Shown piece by piece: positions 61,290 to 64,000 of a DNA stretch of 64,000 nucleotides. The position numbers and the translations under genes were made by a program. The stretch's first letter is position 1, and each line of letters begins with the position of its first letter. The stretch is from Mobula hypostoma (Eukaryota), in NCBI RefSeq assembly GCF_963921235.1, contig NC_086097.1:54066001-54130000 (forward strand), written 5' to 3'. The notes beneath the pieces were generated by a model. It searched no databases and was not told where the DNA came from. It was given only the letters and a program-made list of their open reading frames with translations.

Positions 61290-63635
61290 AACTAGCCGAG
61301 TGTCTGAAATCCAAGAGTGTCAGGGGGCAGAAGTGAGTGTAGTTGCTATTACTAAGAAGAACATATTTGGGAAGCAGAAAGGTCTCAGGTCACCTGGACC
61401 GGGTGGACTATACCCCAGGGTCTGGAAAGCGATATCCAAAGAGATTGTGGCGCCATTAGAAATGATCTTTCAAGATTCTCCAGAATCTGGAATAGCCCTG
61501 GAGGACTGGAAAATAGCAACTGTCATTCCACTCTATAAACAGTGAGGGGGACAGTAGAAAGGAAATTATGGACCAGTTAGCCTGAATTTCATAGTTGGAA
61601 AGATGTTGAAGTCTATTACTAAGGGTGAGGTTTCAGGGCACTTCGAGGCACATGGTAAAACAGGCCCAAGTCAGCTTGATTTCCTTAAGGGAAAAACTTG
61701 ACTGACAATTTTATTGGAATTCTTTGAGGAAATAACATGCAGGATATGCAAAGGAGAATCAATAGATGTAGTTTATTTGGATTTTCAGAAGGCATTTAAC
61801 AAGGTGCTCCACATGAAGCTGCTTAACAAGATTAAAGTCCGTGGTATTACAGGAAATATACTGGCATGAAGAGAAGATTAGTCGACTGGCAGGAGGCAAA
61901 CAGTGGGAATAAAGGGGGCCTTTTCTGGTTAGCTGCCAGTGACTAATGGTATTCTGCAGGGGTCGATATTGGGACTGCTTCTTTTCACATTATATGTCAG
62001 TGAATTGGATGAAGGCATTGATGGCTTTGTGGCCAAATTTGCAGATGATACAAAGATAGGTGGAGGGACAGGTAGTGTTAAGGAGGCAGGGTGTCTGCAA
62101 AAAGACTTAGGTAGATTGGGAAAACGGGAGATCTAGAGATCAGAGATCTAGACACCCAGGAACTTGACACTGCTCACTCTCTCCACTTCTGATCCCTCTA
62201 TGAGGATTGGTATGTGTTCCTTCGTCTTACCCTTCCTGAAGTCCACAATCAACTCTTTCGTCTTACTGATGTTCAATGCCAGGTTGTTGCTGTGACACCA
62301 CTCTACTAGTTGGCATATCTCACTCCTATACACCCTCTTGTCACCACCTGAGATTCTACCAACAATGGTTGTATCATCAGCAAGTTCATAGATGGTGGAT
62401 GGTGTTTGAACTATGCCTAGCCACACAGTCATGTGTATACAGAGAGTAGAGCAGTGCGCTAAGCACACACCCCTGAGTTGCGCCAGTGTTGATCATCGGC
62501 GAGGAGGATATGTTATCACCAATCCACACAGACTGTGGTCTTCCGGTTAGGAAGCCGAGGATCTGATTGCAGAGGGAGGTACAGAGGCCCACGTTCTGCA
62601 ACTTCTCAATCAAGATTGTGGGAATGATAGTATTAAATGCTGAACTATAGTCGATGAACAGCATCCTGACATAGGAACTTGTATTGCTTAGGTGGTCTAA
62701 TGCCATGTGAAGAGCCATTGAGATTGCGTCTGCCGTTGACCTATTGTGGCGATAGGCAAATTGCAAAGGGTTCAGGTCGTTGCTGAGGCAGGAGTTCAGT
62801 CTAGTCATAACCAACTTCTCAAAGCATTTCATCACTGTCGATGTGAGTACTACCGGGCAATAATCATTAAGGCAGCCCACATTATTCTTCTTAGGACTGT
62901 TTTCCAAATGGGGACAAAATTCAGAAATCAGAGTTGCAAAGAGACTTGGGAGTCCTTGTGCAGGGTTCCCTGGAGTTTAACTTGCAGGTAGAGTTGGTGG
63001 TAAAGAAGGCAAATGCAACGTTAGCATTCATTTTGAGAGGGCTAGAATATAAGAGCAATGATGTAATGTTGAGGCTTTAGAAGGCCTTGGTCAGACTGCA
63101 CTTGGGGCATCGTGAGCAGTTTTGGACCCCTTATCCAAGAAAGGATGTGTTGGCATTGGAAAGGGTCCAGCAAAGCTTCACAAGAATTATCCCAGCAATG
63201 AACGGTTTTATATATGAGGAGCTTTTGATAACTCTGGACCTGTACTCGCCGGAGCTTAGAAGAATAAGGAACGTCTCATTGAAACCTAGAGAATATTGAA
63301 CAGGTTAGATAGAGTGGATGCAGAGAAAAAGTTTCTTATAGTCGGGGAGTCTAGGACCAGAGGGCACAGCCTTAGAATAGAGGGACATCCATTTAGAAGA
63401 GAGATGAGGAAAATTTTCTTTCGTTAGAGGATGGTGAATCTGTGGAATTCATTGCCACAGATGGCTGTGCGGGCCAAGTCACTGGGAATATTGTAAGTGG
63501 AGGTTGATAGCTTCTTGACTAATCAGGGCAAAAAAGGTTACGGTGACAAGGCAGGAGAATGGGGTTGAGAGTGATAATAAATCAGTCTTTATGGAATGGT
63601 GGAGCAGAGATTCTGTTCCTATGTCTTATGGTCTT
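61290..63635 (+). mobile_element. Decayed CR1 LINE split by a Rex1 fragment
   Basis: RSPGPGGLYPRV, EDWKIA and FADDTK; after 62896 LVRLHLG...TRGH and the 3' tail. Confidence 0.92.
62135..62893 (-). mobile_element. Internal Rex1 RT fragment lacking its 3' end
   Basis: ORFs 62386..62907 and 62148..62468 ([30 protein letters not shown]). Confidence 0.92.
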
Positions 63636-64000
63636 CTGATCACATATAATGGGCGGGAAGTTAGATCACATTCCACTGCTTACTTCAATGCCTCCTGATC
63701 AAAAATATATTTGATATTGTGTGAAGTATATCAATGGCAATTTCCAGGGTATCTTACATCAGCTACAAACTTAGCTCTAATTTCATGTTTTGAGTTACGC
63801 TTCCATTTCTGGCAATTTCCAAGATAGTCACTAATCAAGTTCATTTGTTCCCAGACAAGATGCCTCTTGGAGCACTGCTAGCAACTCCTTGGAATGACCA
63901 ACCCCCACACAGCACTGTGCACACACTGGGATCCAAATATATTAACTCCCACACTTGTATTCTGTCTTTGTGAATTTTACTCATGGAACTGACACCCTTA

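Overview
Repeat-dense, gene-poor vertebrate DNA. The repeat repertoire (CR1, Rex1/Babar, L2, Penelope-like elements, V-SINEs, Tc1/mariner, Gypsy solo LTRs) looks like a cartilaginous fish, probably a ray; that is an inference from repeat families I recall. I cannot support any intact host protein-coding gene: all long ORFs are retroelement or transposase fragments. The most unusual item is a GC-rich ~240-bp insert at 34550-34787 with a target-site duplication (TSD). It joins a circularly permuted piece of ZFTRAF1/CYHR1 exon 1 to an RTE-like LINE 3' tail, the structure expected if a back-spliced circular RNA was reverse transcribed after a template switch. Other notable items: at least five decayed minimal hammerhead ribozyme motifs at Penelope-like element ends, several in fold-back pairs; a 2.7-kb 47-bp minisatellite that arose inside a LINE endonuclease domain; an unexplained 220-bp segment fused to a young CR1; an unidentified coding-like tract split by two LINEs; and several multi-level nested insertions. 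All family and gene assignments come from motifs I recall, not from database searches, and most element boundaries are approximate.
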